Notes under the pieces: model-generated
Told to the model about the DNA's origin: nothing
Databases searched by the model: none
The model's input: only the letters and a program-made list of their open reading frames with translations
Translations under genes and position numbers: made by a program
Shown here: positions 41,020-50,307 of the stretch, piece by piece
Layout: every line of letters begins with the position of its first letter
Position numbering within the stretch: the stretch's first letter is position 1
DNA from: Leptolyngbyaceae cyanobacterium
GTDB taxonomy: Bacteria; Cyanobacteriota; Cyanobacteriia; Phormidesmidales; Phormidesmidaceae
DNA: 64,000 nt
Direction: 5' to 3'
Assembly (NCBI GenBank): GCA_965263355.1
Contig: CBDHHL010000056.1
Location: 1,184,001-1,248,000 of the forward strand

Positions 41020-41271
41020 TTTTAATGAAAACCTTTCGTGTTAAGGGTTTTAGCCTTCTACATTTTAGTTAAATCTAAAATTTTGGTGGTTATTTTTACT
41101 GATTTTTCGACATAAACTAAGCGCTAAAAGCCTTTGATGTCAATGGCTTTAGTGAAATCAGTACAGAAATTAGTACAGGTACAAATCTAACAAAAGGATT
41201 TAACCATTGTATTCAATAAAGATAAGCACGGTTTGACCGGCTGACTTTATATCAACCGGTCAAACCGTGCT
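41020..41271 (+). repeat. Diverged copy of the island left-end sequence at 26194-26459
   Basis: Shared blocks TTTTAATGAAAACCTTTCGTGTTAAGGGTTTTAG, TTTTCGACATAAACTAAGCGCTAAAAGC, ACAGAAATTAGTACAGG and the terminal palindrome. Confidence 0.92.
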
Positions 41272-41440
41272 CTAATAAAGCTGATTTTGCCTTGCAAAGT
41301 AGTCAATGTTTAAAACCCTGTGAAGCAAGGACTTCATTCATCTTTGACTATAAGCAATACCTTCGGGAGACGGCATATCAGTGAGATCTCATTCCAAATC
41401 CGGTGCTGGCCCAAAAGAGCAGTTGAGTCAGTTTGCAAGT

Positions 41441-41533
41441 TAAGTAGGTGGCAAAAACTATTTAATATCCCGAAGATTACCAGATAAGCATCTTAGCGAT
41501 TCAGAGCCACATTTACTTATGGCCACCTACTTA
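41441..41533. mobile_element. Miniature inverted-repeat element
   Basis: TAAGTAGGTGGC ... GCCACCTACTTA, 12-bp perfect IR. Confidence 0.6.
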
Positions 41534-41620
41534 GCAACACCCTTCGCTGAAGTTTTGTCGCTTTTGCATGAGCACCGATAGTTCGTAATCTAAACGAACT
41601 TGCAATTTACCTGATATGTT

Positions 41621-41845
41621 CTTAGCTCGACTTTATCCAAACATGTGGGGTTAATGAGGAAAGCAGCAAGCACAATAGGTTTATCAGAACCAACTTGCTG
41701 CAAATGGAAATACTAAATCTGCTATCGCTATTCGCTCCCTTATTTCGTCCAAGTGTAAGTGACATGATTAAAATCCCTCGTGAGATTTTCAACACTTGGT
41801 CTGACTTGCTTTGCTATGCGGCTTAGTGGATAAAGTCGAGCTAAG
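41621..41845. mobile_element. MITE, 225 bp
   Basis: CTTAGCTCGACTTTATCCA ... TGGATAAAGTCGAGCTAAG, 19-bp perfect IR, no ORF. Confidence 0.75.
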
Positions 41846-41953
41846 GAGCTGTTAAGAAACTACTTCACGGTTTAAGCCTGACAGGCTTGTTAAGCAATGA
41901 TTTAAATGAACAAGGCCATGATTTTAATTTTTAACAAGCCCTAAGCCCCGGAC

Positions 41954-42406
41954 CTAGGATGCTTTAATCAGGACACTCTCTCCCTCAATCATGGCTTCAT
42001 AGGAGTCGAGGGGCCTGACGGCGGGACCCACCGTTGCGGTGCCGTCAGTGCCAAATTTTGAGCCATGACAGGCACAGGAGAATTCCTCTCCCTGCCAGTC
42101 AACGGTGCAGCCCTGGTGGGTGCATTTGGAGTTGAGGGCAATTACGCTGTCGGTATTGGCTGGATCGCGCACAACAATTACATCACCTGCAGTCAGGCCT
42201 TTTTTGGCTAAGAATCCCTTGGCATCTAAATCGGCCACGGTACCGACGGTCTCAAACCCATCTGGCACAGCGGCCACTGGAGCTGAATCTTCTGTAGCAG
42301 GCGCATCGGATACAGTGTCTTGAGAATTGCAGGCTGCGATCGCAACTGGTAAAGAACTTACCAACATACCTAAGCCGACAAAGTTAATAAACTCACGACG
42401 TTGCAT
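41954..42406 (-). CDS. Small Tat-exported Rieske [2Fe-2S] lipoprotein
   Basis: MQRREF Tat motif, IAAC lipobox, CTHQGC and CACHGS. Confidence 0.9.
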   Translation of the reverse strand: MQRREFINFVGLGMLVSSLPVAIAACNSQDTVSDAPATEDSAPVAAVPDGFETVGTVADLDAKGFLAKKGLTAGDVIVVRDPANTDSVIALNSKCTHQGCTVDWQGEEFSCACHGSKFGTDGTATVGPAVRPLDSYEAMIEGESVLIKAS

Positions 42407-42557
42407 AGTCTTTCTTTCTCCTCTCTAGTTGTTATTGACCGTGTTGGCCAATTGAACTTTAATGCGATTGCTGATTTAGGGGATGAATCGGTCTGGAGCC
42501 ATTACTATTTGACGGTATCTCACAACTCCAGTCATCCCAAGGATCAGCAATGCCACG

Positions 42558-43670
42558 TTAACTACTACCCATAGCCTTAAGCCACTGGTTTTTGGTTTGA
42601 TCCAGCTGGGCTGGATTTAGGGGTAACAGCCCCACCTCGGTCATTACATTGGTCATTTCTGTCAGATAAAAGTTCACCACCGCTTTAGTCGGTGTAACTG
42701 ATGTGAGCCGTTTTTGATCCACATATAGAAACAGGGACTGCACCAACGGATAGGCGTTACTTCCTACTGTTTCTGAACTGGCGCTGATTCCGCTGATGGG
42801 TATGGCCTTAAAGGTTTGGGTAAAGCGTTCATGGATGGACCCATTAATAAAGGTCACACTATTGGTCCGGCTGCCAAGGCTTTGCACCATCGGTTCTGGA
42901 TAGTCATAAAATATGGTGCCAGCATTAAGCAATGCAGCTCCATTATCTGGAAACAGTTTTTGGGTTAACAACGCCACCGTAGACGAATTGGGGCCAATCA
43001 TGGCTCGTTCAATTGGGGCATTGGGCCAACTTGGATCCACCTCTGACCAGGTTTTAGCCGTGAGAATGGCTTTTAATTTTTCTAGGGTGACCCCGCGCAC
43101 AAAGTCATTTTGTTTGTTAACCACCAGCAGTAACGGATCTTTGCCAATGCTCATCTCTAAGGGTTGCAGCCCTTTTTCCTGGCAGGTCTTGACTTCGGCT
43201 GGCGTCATCGCCCGATTTACGGTGAGGAACGCCACGGTAGGATCCTGGCAAAATTGTTGAATGGCAGAACCCGCTTTTAGGGCATTGATATCTAGCACAC
43301 CACTGTAGCCTGCCTGAATCAAATGCTGATACATCTGTTCATTAAAGACCTGCATCGTTGGGGCGGTGACCATGGTTAAATTACCCTGGATGGCTAAGGG
43401 GGCATCCGCGGGTAACGTCACAGCTCCCTTAGTCATGGTCGAACTTTGCTGGAGACGACTGGCCGTCAGGCTTTCTAGGTTTGGATCAATCAGGGGCTCT
43501 ATCTCATTGACCGCTTGTCTGAATTGAGCGTAGGGATTGTTGGGATTGTCTTCAGACTGGGAGGCGGCAAGCTGCCCACAGCCAGTCACTAAACTAACCA
43601 ATAAAAGCGGACTAAGGTACTGCCAGCAAGATTTGAATAGGTTAGGCAAAACAAGATATGGCATGGGCAA
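42558..43670 (-). CDS. PstS-like periplasmic binding lipoprotein (divergent)
   Basis: LVTGC lipobox; LLLVVNKQNDF, TWSEVDPSWP, YPLVQSLFLYV. Confidence 0.75.
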   Translation of the reverse strand: MPMPYLVLPNLFKSCWQYLSPLLLVSLVTGCGQLAASQSEDNPNNPYAQFRQAVNEIEPLIDPNLESLTASRLQQSSTMTKGAVTLPADAPLAIQGNLTMVTAPTMQVFNEQMYQHLIQAGYSGVLDINALKAGSAIQQFCQDPTVAFLTVNRAMTPAEVKTCQEKGLQPLEMSIGKDPLLLVVNKQNDFVRGVTLEKLKAILTAKTWSEVDPSWPNAPIERAMIGPNSSTVALLTQKLFPDNGAALLNAGTIFYDYPEPMVQSLGSRTNSVTFINGSIHERFTQTFKAIPISGISASSETVGSNAYPLVQSLFLYVDQKRLTSVTPTKAVVNFYLTEMTNVMTEVGLLPLNPAQLDQTKNQWLKAMGSS

Positions 43671-44792
43671 CTAGTCCTGGTGGGCAACAGCCGACTGGGA
43701 TGTTGGCTCTTGGCGATCGGTTTTTACCTGCAAAATACCTTTAGCCAGCCGTCCCAAACTGTTTTCCTGGGTGGTATAAGCCACTAACTCTGATACCGCT
43801 TTAGGGGCTTCCGGATCAGACTTAGGGTTGAGAATATGGCTCAAGGCTGTTGCCATGATTTCAACCTGGCTGTAGCTTTGGCTCAGGGTCACCTGGGTCT
43901 GGCGCTGCCGATACTGCAGCCACAGCAGCCCCCCCAACAGTAGCAACAGAAACCAGCCATAGGTGAGGAAGCGGTAGATGCGAGTGTTGGCGAGGGCCAG
44001 TTGGTAACTGGATTCAAACTTACCAGCAATGGGCTCTGTGGATGGATCGAGGGGTTGCAGCAATTGTGTGGTGGTTTCTTCAATCAGGGGCTTGGCATTA
44101 AAAATGACGTTGGCATGGGATTGCACCAGTTGAAGGGGCAGCTCTGTTTCTGGAATTTCCAGGGTGTTTTGTAGTTGACTGAGGGTCCTCAGCTGGTTTT
44201 GCAGCTTGGTGGATAGGGTTTCGTCGGTGGTGGCAGTAAACAACAACAGGTTGCGAATTAGCTGATTGAGGGTGTTGTCTAAGGTGGCTAATTTACCAGC
44301 ATCCAGGGTTTCGGTTGGCTTCAGGGTACTGAGTTTTGCATCGATCTGATCGGTTAGGAAGGGAAGATAGCGCAGCGAGTTTTTCAATAGGGCATTTCGA
44401 CCTTTGAACACCTCACTTAGGTTTTCTTTTTGGTCCAGGGATGCCTGACGGCTTTCGAGAAAACTGCGAATTTCTTGTTGAGCGCTAGCGGTAACAAAAC
44501 CAGGAATGGTTTCTAGGGAGGCCAATACCTCTCCCTGATCCTCCAGGTTATTTACGATGGGATCATAATAGGCAAAAAGCTCATAGCGGGCCCGTAGAAC
44601 TTCTTGGGAGAAGTTGGCCTCTAGCTCACTGAGGCGTATGACCTCGTCCCGGTATTGCTGATACTGTTGAAAGGAAACCGGCAGGCCTCTATAAACGAGC
44701 AATGCGGAAATCAGGAGAATCAAGATTACAATCACAATCCCCAGTGCCCGCAACTGATACCGCAGTTTCTTAGAAAGACGAGACTCAACCAT
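43671..44792 (-). CDS. DAHL-domain membrane sensor lacking an output domain
   Basis: TM; VLRARYEL..YYDPIV and FKGRNALLKNSLRYLP; second TM; short HAMP-like tail. Confidence 0.8.
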   Translation of the reverse strand: MVESRLSKKLRYQLRALGIVIVILILLISALLVYRGLPVSFQQYQQYRDEVIRLSELEANFSQEVLRARYELFAYYDPIVNNLEDQGEVLASLETIPGFVTASAQQEIRSFLESRQASLDQKENLSEVFKGRNALLKNSLRYLPFLTDQIDAKLSTLKPTETLDAGKLATLDNTLNQLIRNLLLFTATTDETLSTKLQNQLRTLSQLQNTLEIPETELPLQLVQSHANVIFNAKPLIEETTTQLLQPLDPSTEPIAGKFESSYQLALANTRIYRFLTYGWFLLLLLGGLLWLQYRQRQTQVTLSQSYSQVEIMATALSHILNPKSDPEAPKAVSELVAYTTQENSLGRLAKGILQVKTDRQEPTSQSAVAHQD

Positions 44793-44800
44793 AATCAGTG

Positions 44801-45862
44801 TTACTCCTGAATTTCACCCGTCAAGGACTGTAAAAACTGCATGATCAAGTCCACATCCTGTTGTGGAATATCCACCCCCAGCTGATACTTACCCATGAGC
44901 TTGATGGCCTGATCCAGGGTTTTGGGATTGCCATCGTGAAAATAGGGGGAGGTGAGGGTAATGTTACGCAGAGTTGGCACCTTGAACACATGCAAATCCA
45001 GGTCATTTTTGGTGACGTTATAGCGCCCCAGATCCTGTTTGGTGACAGGCGTTCCTCGGTCAGCAAAATAATCTCCAAAGATACCCAGGGTTTGGAACAT
45101 GTTGCCCCCCACCAGCATGCCCTGGTGGCAGCTGACACAGCCGTATTCTTTAAAGCGTTCGTAGCCCTGCTTGGCTTCATCTGAAATGGCATCCTTTTGC
45201 CCCCGCAGGTACTGGTCAAAGGGGGCATTGGGGGTGTAAAGGGAGCGCTGGAATGTTGCGATCGCATCACGAATATTTTCCGCCGTCAGTCCACCGTCAT
45301 AGGCCTGAGCAAAGCCGCTGCGATACATGTCTTCCTTACCAATCTTACGTACCACCTCCTGCCAGGTCATCCCCCCCATTTCTCCCACCTTTTCAATGGG
45401 GCCTTTGGCTTGCTCTTCCAGGCTTTTGGCACTCCCATCCCAGTTGAGTCGGTGCATAAAGCCGGTATTAAACACTGTTGGCGAATTCAGCCCTGTATTC
45501 CCCCCAGCCATGCCAATGGAAATAGCTTTCCGGTCAGTGCCTCCCTTATCCAATACATGGCAGGTGGCACAGGAAACCGTATTGTCAGCCGACATGCGAG
45601 GATCGTGAAATAGCAGATCGCCAAGCTGCACCCGAGCTGGATTGGGCTCCTCTTCCAAGGTTAACGGAATCGGCTGAATCGGCTCTGCCAACAGCACAGG
45701 TTCAGACGCCAATGCTGCTCCGGGAGTCTCCGCCGCTGGCTGCTGTTGCCAAAACCGGGTAACTCCCAGGGCCGTTAATACCGCCAAACAAAACAAAACA
45801 ACTAGCGCCGCTATCTTTCTAAATCGATTTGACTTCAGTTGAGAGACTATTCGAGAAATCAT
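44801..45862 (-). CDS. Di-haem cytochrome c peroxidase (CcP/MauG family)
   Basis: LFHDPRMS, CATCH, NSPTVFN, WDG, CVSCH, FKVPTLRNI..T.PYFHDG. Confidence 0.93.
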   Translation of the reverse strand: MISRIVSQLKSNRFRKIAALVVLFCLAVLTALGVTRFWQQQPAAETPGAALASEPVLLAEPIQPIPLTLEEEPNPARVQLGDLLFHDPRMSADNTVSCATCHVLDKGGTDRKAISIGMAGGNTGLNSPTVFNTGFMHRLNWDGSAKSLEEQAKGPIEKVGEMGGMTWQEVVRKIGKEDMYRSGFAQAYDGGLTAENIRDAIATFQRSLYTPNAPFDQYLRGQKDAISDEAKQGYERFKEYGCVSCHQGMLVGGNMFQTLGIFGDYFADRGTPVTKQDLGRYNVTKNDLDLHVFKVPTLRNITLTSPYFHDGNPKTLDQAIKLMGKYQLGVDIPQQDVDLIMQFLQSLTGEIQE

Positions 45863-45905
45863 TGGGAAAACGCTTGACTGAGTGCCTACAAGTTGACTCT
45901 AAATG

Positions 45906-48011
45906 CTAAACAGAACTGCCCACCGGGGCTTTATCGGTGACTAAATGCCATGTAGGCAACGTCTCCATAGCTTCGGTTGCAATCGAACCATGGGACGACA
46001 ACTGATGATGATCTTTTAAGCGTTCATAAATTGGCTGAGTAACAACAATCTGATTTGGCTGTGCTTGATCAGGTAGCTTCGTAGCCAACTGAATTGTATC
46101 CCCCCAAAGCTTGTAAACAAAGGGATCAGTCCCTATAACACCTGCCATAAAGGCCCCTGAATGCAGACCCATTTGAAGACTTAAAGAGACCTGATACCGA
46201 TCATTCGTCCTCTGCACGATCTCTAGCAGATTCTGAGCTACCCGCAACCCCCGCTCCTGATGGTCAAAATGAACATCTGACAGTCCACATATCGCCAGGT
46301 AAGTGCCATCGGTTGTACCTTGGGGCTCTAGCCCGGATTGTTTGGCCACCTGGTCAAACTCACTCACCAGAGCATTCAATGCAACGGCGATTGATTCTGA
46401 TGAGGATGTTAGTCCTAAAATCTTAGCTGACAGCACCGTTGCCTGTTGCACCATATCCACAATTGGCTCGTCCCCCTGCCGAAATCTGGAAACAACCGCT
46501 GCGGGTAAAATATTCTTCAACAAGCTGTCATTTTCCAAACGTTTCTGTTCTATCAGTCCTCCCTGATTTTCCAGAGTGTGGGCCAGCTCCTTAAAAGATT
46601 TTCCCAGTTGACTAAACTCGTCATCTCCCCCAATTGGAATATCGCCCACGGGTTTCCCTGCCTGTATCTTCTTACTCGCTTCGATCAGACGGCTAACAGG
46701 ACTGGCAAATGCCTGGGCGATAAACCCTGATAACAAAGCCACTGCCAGAACAATGATCACACCTGCTGTAGACATGTAAATCTGCATCATTGTAACCGGT
46801 CCCAAGGCCTCGGCCTTATCCATTTCCGCTAAAATAGCCCAGCGCAGTCCCTCTAGCTTCAATGGTGCATAGGCACTCAATACCTGTTTGCCCTGATAGT
46901 CCGGGATGATTTCCGTATCTGCTTCGCCCAACATGGCATTCTTGGTTGCGATCGTATCCACAGGCTGTAGCAAGACCGATGTGTTGAGGTTGTATACCAG
47001 GTCTACAGTCTCAGAAGAAAGGCCCACTTTCCTCAGGTTTTCTCGATAGGTATCCGCATCCTCCAGAAGCTCCCGCGATACTGACCGCATTAGAGTATCT
47101 TCGCCCACCACATAGACCTGGCCAGTCTCACCTAACCCTTCATCCTCCCAGGCCTGGGTGCCCACCAGGATGTCATTAATCCGGTCAGGAGGGAGCTGCA
47201 GCGCCACAATACCCACAATGTGAGGGCCGTTAAAAATAGGTGTGCCAAGGAAGGCTACTGGAGCCGCTTTCCTTGGTACATAGGGTTCAAAGTCTACCAC
47301 CTGAACAAAACCACGACCTGGATTGTTACGCACTGCCTCGACCACTTCAGCTAGACCGCTGCGTCGGTAGGGACCCCGGTCTAGACTTGTGGCATAGTCG
47401 GGATGTTTGCTAACGGAATAGACAATCTCACCACTGTCAAAGTTGATCAAATAGAGATCATCATAGCCGTATTTATCGATCAAATTTTGAAAAAAGGGAT
47501 GATAGGTATTGTGATGTTGCGCATAAGCACTATCACCTGTAGCACTGGTTGAGCTGTCCCCTTCATTTGCCCCGGCAAGAACATAGCTGTACTGCAAGTA
47601 CTGCCCTGCTTGAGTCAGAGGTCGATAGTTAGCAAGAATCTGCGGCCCATCCACGTTTTCGGCCAGGGCAGGCAGAAAGTCACGGGCATAGTAAGTCTCA
47701 ATACCCTCTATCCACTCATTGGGGATCACTTCATTTTGCAGCCCCCGATAGGCCGCATTAAATTCCACCATGGCCGACACCACAGTGCGATCCTCGCCCA
47801 AAACTTCTAGCTGATCCCGGAGTCTTTTTATATAGGCTTCTACCTGAGTGCCCTTCGACGCTCGGACACTGGTGAGATGATCAAAGACTTGAGCCTCAAA
47901 TTCTTGACGAAATCGTAGCCAGCTGAGAGTCCCACCAATCAGCAACGAACCCAGGCTAACCCCCACCAAAAGGGCTATCAGCTTAGACTTAACACGCAGC
48001 CTATTTAACAT
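45906..48011 (-). CDS. Membrane Cache/HAMP class III cyclase-like protein with degenerate active site
   Basis: TM, GLGETGQVYVVG periplasmic domain, TM, HAMP, LLKNILP, cyclase fold GLHSG...AGVIG...LWGDT. Confidence 0.88.
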   Translation of the reverse strand: MLNRLRVKSKLIALLVGVSLGSLLIGGTLSWLRFRQEFEAQVFDHLTSVRASKGTQVEAYIKRLRDQLEVLGEDRTVVSAMVEFNAAYRGLQNEVIPNEWIEGIETYYARDFLPALAENVDGPQILANYRPLTQAGQYLQYSYVLAGANEGDSSTSATGDSAYAQHHNTYHPFFQNLIDKYGYDDLYLINFDSGEIVYSVSKHPDYATSLDRGPYRRSGLAEVVEAVRNNPGRGFVQVVDFEPYVPRKAAPVAFLGTPIFNGPHIVGIVALQLPPDRINDILVGTQAWEDEGLGETGQVYVVGEDTLMRSVSRELLEDADTYRENLRKVGLSSETVDLVYNLNTSVLLQPVDTIATKNAMLGEADTEIIPDYQGKQVLSAYAPLKLEGLRWAILAEMDKAEALGPVTMMQIYMSTAGVIIVLAVALLSGFIAQAFASPVSRLIEASKKIQAGKPVGDIPIGGDDEFSQLGKSFKELAHTLENQGGLIEQKRLENDSLLKNILPAAVVSRFRQGDEPIVDMVQQATVLSAKILGLTSSSESIAVALNALVSEFDQVAKQSGLEPQGTTDGTYLAICGLSDVHFDHQERGLRVAQNLLEIVQRTNDRYQVSLSLQMGLHSGAFMAGVIGTDPFVYKLWGDTIQLATKLPDQAQPNQIVVTQPIYERLKDHHQLSSHGSIATEAMETLPTWHLVTDKAPVGSSV

Positions 48012-48575
48012 TCTGTATTACTTTCCGTTAACCATTCACGTTTCCCTAATGGCGTTAGATAGAAACGTTACCCAGCAGCATTGGTCCCTAAGTTATGACC
48101 AATAAAAAGTTACTACGATCTCTGAATAAGCTGCAAGCAAGCCCACACTTAACTCACTCGGCACAAGGAAAATTGCAATTTTTGTTTACACTTCTGTCTA
48201 CGATTCTCGTTTACAGAGAGTTCATGCAGCCTAGACAATTTAGTAAGATAAGTAAGAAAGGTGTTCAAATTCAGTATTCACTAATTTTCTTGAGGCTGCC
48301 TTGTATTTCAAGATACTGACAAAAGAGTTTAAGTATGAGCTATAAAGTGAACCCTGGAAATAGTTATCTAGAAAACATAGGCATTGCTTTTCACGCAGAT
48401 TGTTTGTATTCACTAGTCGTTGACAAGCTATAATGTGATTCTCCTTACTAAAGGCTGTTGTAATTAGCGCTAACAGAAAAATCAAGATTAAATATCTTAA
48501 CTAAGCGCTTAAGTGGCTTGAAAACCTGGCTTAGTGAGATTGCACACACTTCTTACCTTGTTGCCATGAAATAGT

Positions 48576-50240
48576 GCTACCTGTGCAATTCAAATAGCTT
48601 AAGGCTAAAACTACTGCCGTGCTTAAGATAGAGTTCTATTCAGTCGATTTTTGGAAGTCGATCATCTATCCTAGAGGCCATCAGAAGAGATGGGGTTGAG
48701 GCCATGGGGAACTACAAGATCAAGGTCAATATTGAAATCGTAGAAAGCGATGAGGCCATCAGTTCTGGACCCGAAGAAATTGAGACCGGTGTGTTTGAGT
48801 TTAATATTAGCCCAGAGGCCGCTACCAGCATTGATGCGTGTGAACAAGCCTTGTTAAGTACGAATTATCCAGCATTACGCTCAGCATTGGCTCATCACCT
48901 TGAAACACTCTCTCAAAAAAACGGAAACGGCATCAACCGCAGGGATTTGGGAAATAACAAAGAGCCCATATCGGGTGGATGGGGAAATCGGTCGGTTTGA
49001 GTTTATGTCGTATACAGCGGTTGCATCCCCTGAGAATCAACCATCGAACCGAGTTAACACGCTATATGGGGCCCTACCCGGCAAAAGCTGGTATCGCACG
49101 GTGGGCTTTAAGGAGATTGCCTACACCCATGGGAGTGCGGTTGGATCGTACCGTAAAACGAGTGCGTGGCTCAATCGGATACGTCATCAAGAGACCGGGG
49201 GAACCCCGTCGAGAACGATGCAAGACAGTAGCGAGAGAGAAGGCACCCGTGTGCTCAATTACTTGACTCAGACCAGTGCCGCCATCCTGAAAACCCATGG
49301 TGTCATCGACACCACACTGCCTGCGGCTGTAGTCGTCTCTGCGAATGAGCGTGCGCCTGTCCATCTGGCTCCAGAAGCCGTATCCGCTGTCATCGAGCAG
49401 TGTGGCAAAACCGAGTGATTCGCCAACAGATGAAAGCCAATCCCATCCCGTATGAAGACCCTCACCATAGTCTCAACATTTCGATTGATGATGTCGGGGT
49501 GAAACGTCAGAGTGACCAGCGCCCCGCCAGTGTTCCAGAGACAGCCACCTCACGCAAGTATGCCTATCAAACAGTAGTCCATATCGAAAATCAACTCGGT
49601 AACTATCGATTGAATGCCTTTGGCTTGAAGGCAATGTTAACAATACTGTTGGCCTTTTTACTCCACAATGACCTTCTTCAAGGCCCTATCGTATTCTTTG
49701 CCGATGGTCAGCGCAGCTTGCATGGAGCGATTCTGACCACCTTTGCTGAGGTGTCAGCACTACAGTTGATCTTGGACTGGTACCATCTGCATGAGAAATG
49801 TAAACAACTTCTCAGTCTCGCCTGTCAGGGTAGACACCTGCGAAATACACACTTGACTCACCTAGCGGCCCTGCTCTGGCATGGATTAGTCGATGCGGCT
49901 CTGGTTTATCTTACATTCATCGATCCAGACCATCTCAAAAATATGGCTGCTATCGATAAACTCCAAGGATATCTTCGTCGAAACAAACCTCACATTCCTT
50001 GTTATTGTGTACGTAAACAGCTGGGATTGAGGAATTCCAGCAACCGAGGAGAAAAGGCGAATGATATATTAGTCTCCTCACGACAAAAGCATAATGGTAT
50101 GAGTTGGTCTAAAGCGGGTTCGGTCGCCTTAGCCGCACTCACTACCTTGGTTTCGAATCAAGAAGCTACCCAATGGTTCAGCACCGGACAGCTTAATTTC
50201 AAATTGCTTCCTCATCCCGTAAAGTAATTGCACAGGTAGC
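48576..50240 (+). mobile_element. Insertion sequence, 1665 bp (Mutator-like DDE; ISKra4/ISLre2-like, family uncertain)
   Basis: 15-bp TIR GCTACCTGTGCAATT/AATTGCACAGGTAGC; 6-bp TSD AATAGT at 48570 and 50241. Confidence 0.9.
48704..50227 (+). pseudogene. Transposase split over three ORFs (two frame changes)
   Basis: ORFs 48704-49000, 48900-49418, 49400-50227; IDDVG, FADG, ILDWYHL, SNRGEKAN motifs; A7 run near 48915. Confidence 0.75.
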
Positions 50241-50307
50241 AATAGTGTGATATAGGTAACTATAGGCATATCAGTGAGCCGCTAGAATATTTGTGTGAGA
50301 TGTTGAC

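Noticed and set aside
48012..48569. Small ORFs 48095-48319 and 48240-48485
   Set aside because: AT-rich divergent promoter region; ORFs overlap and lack coding features.
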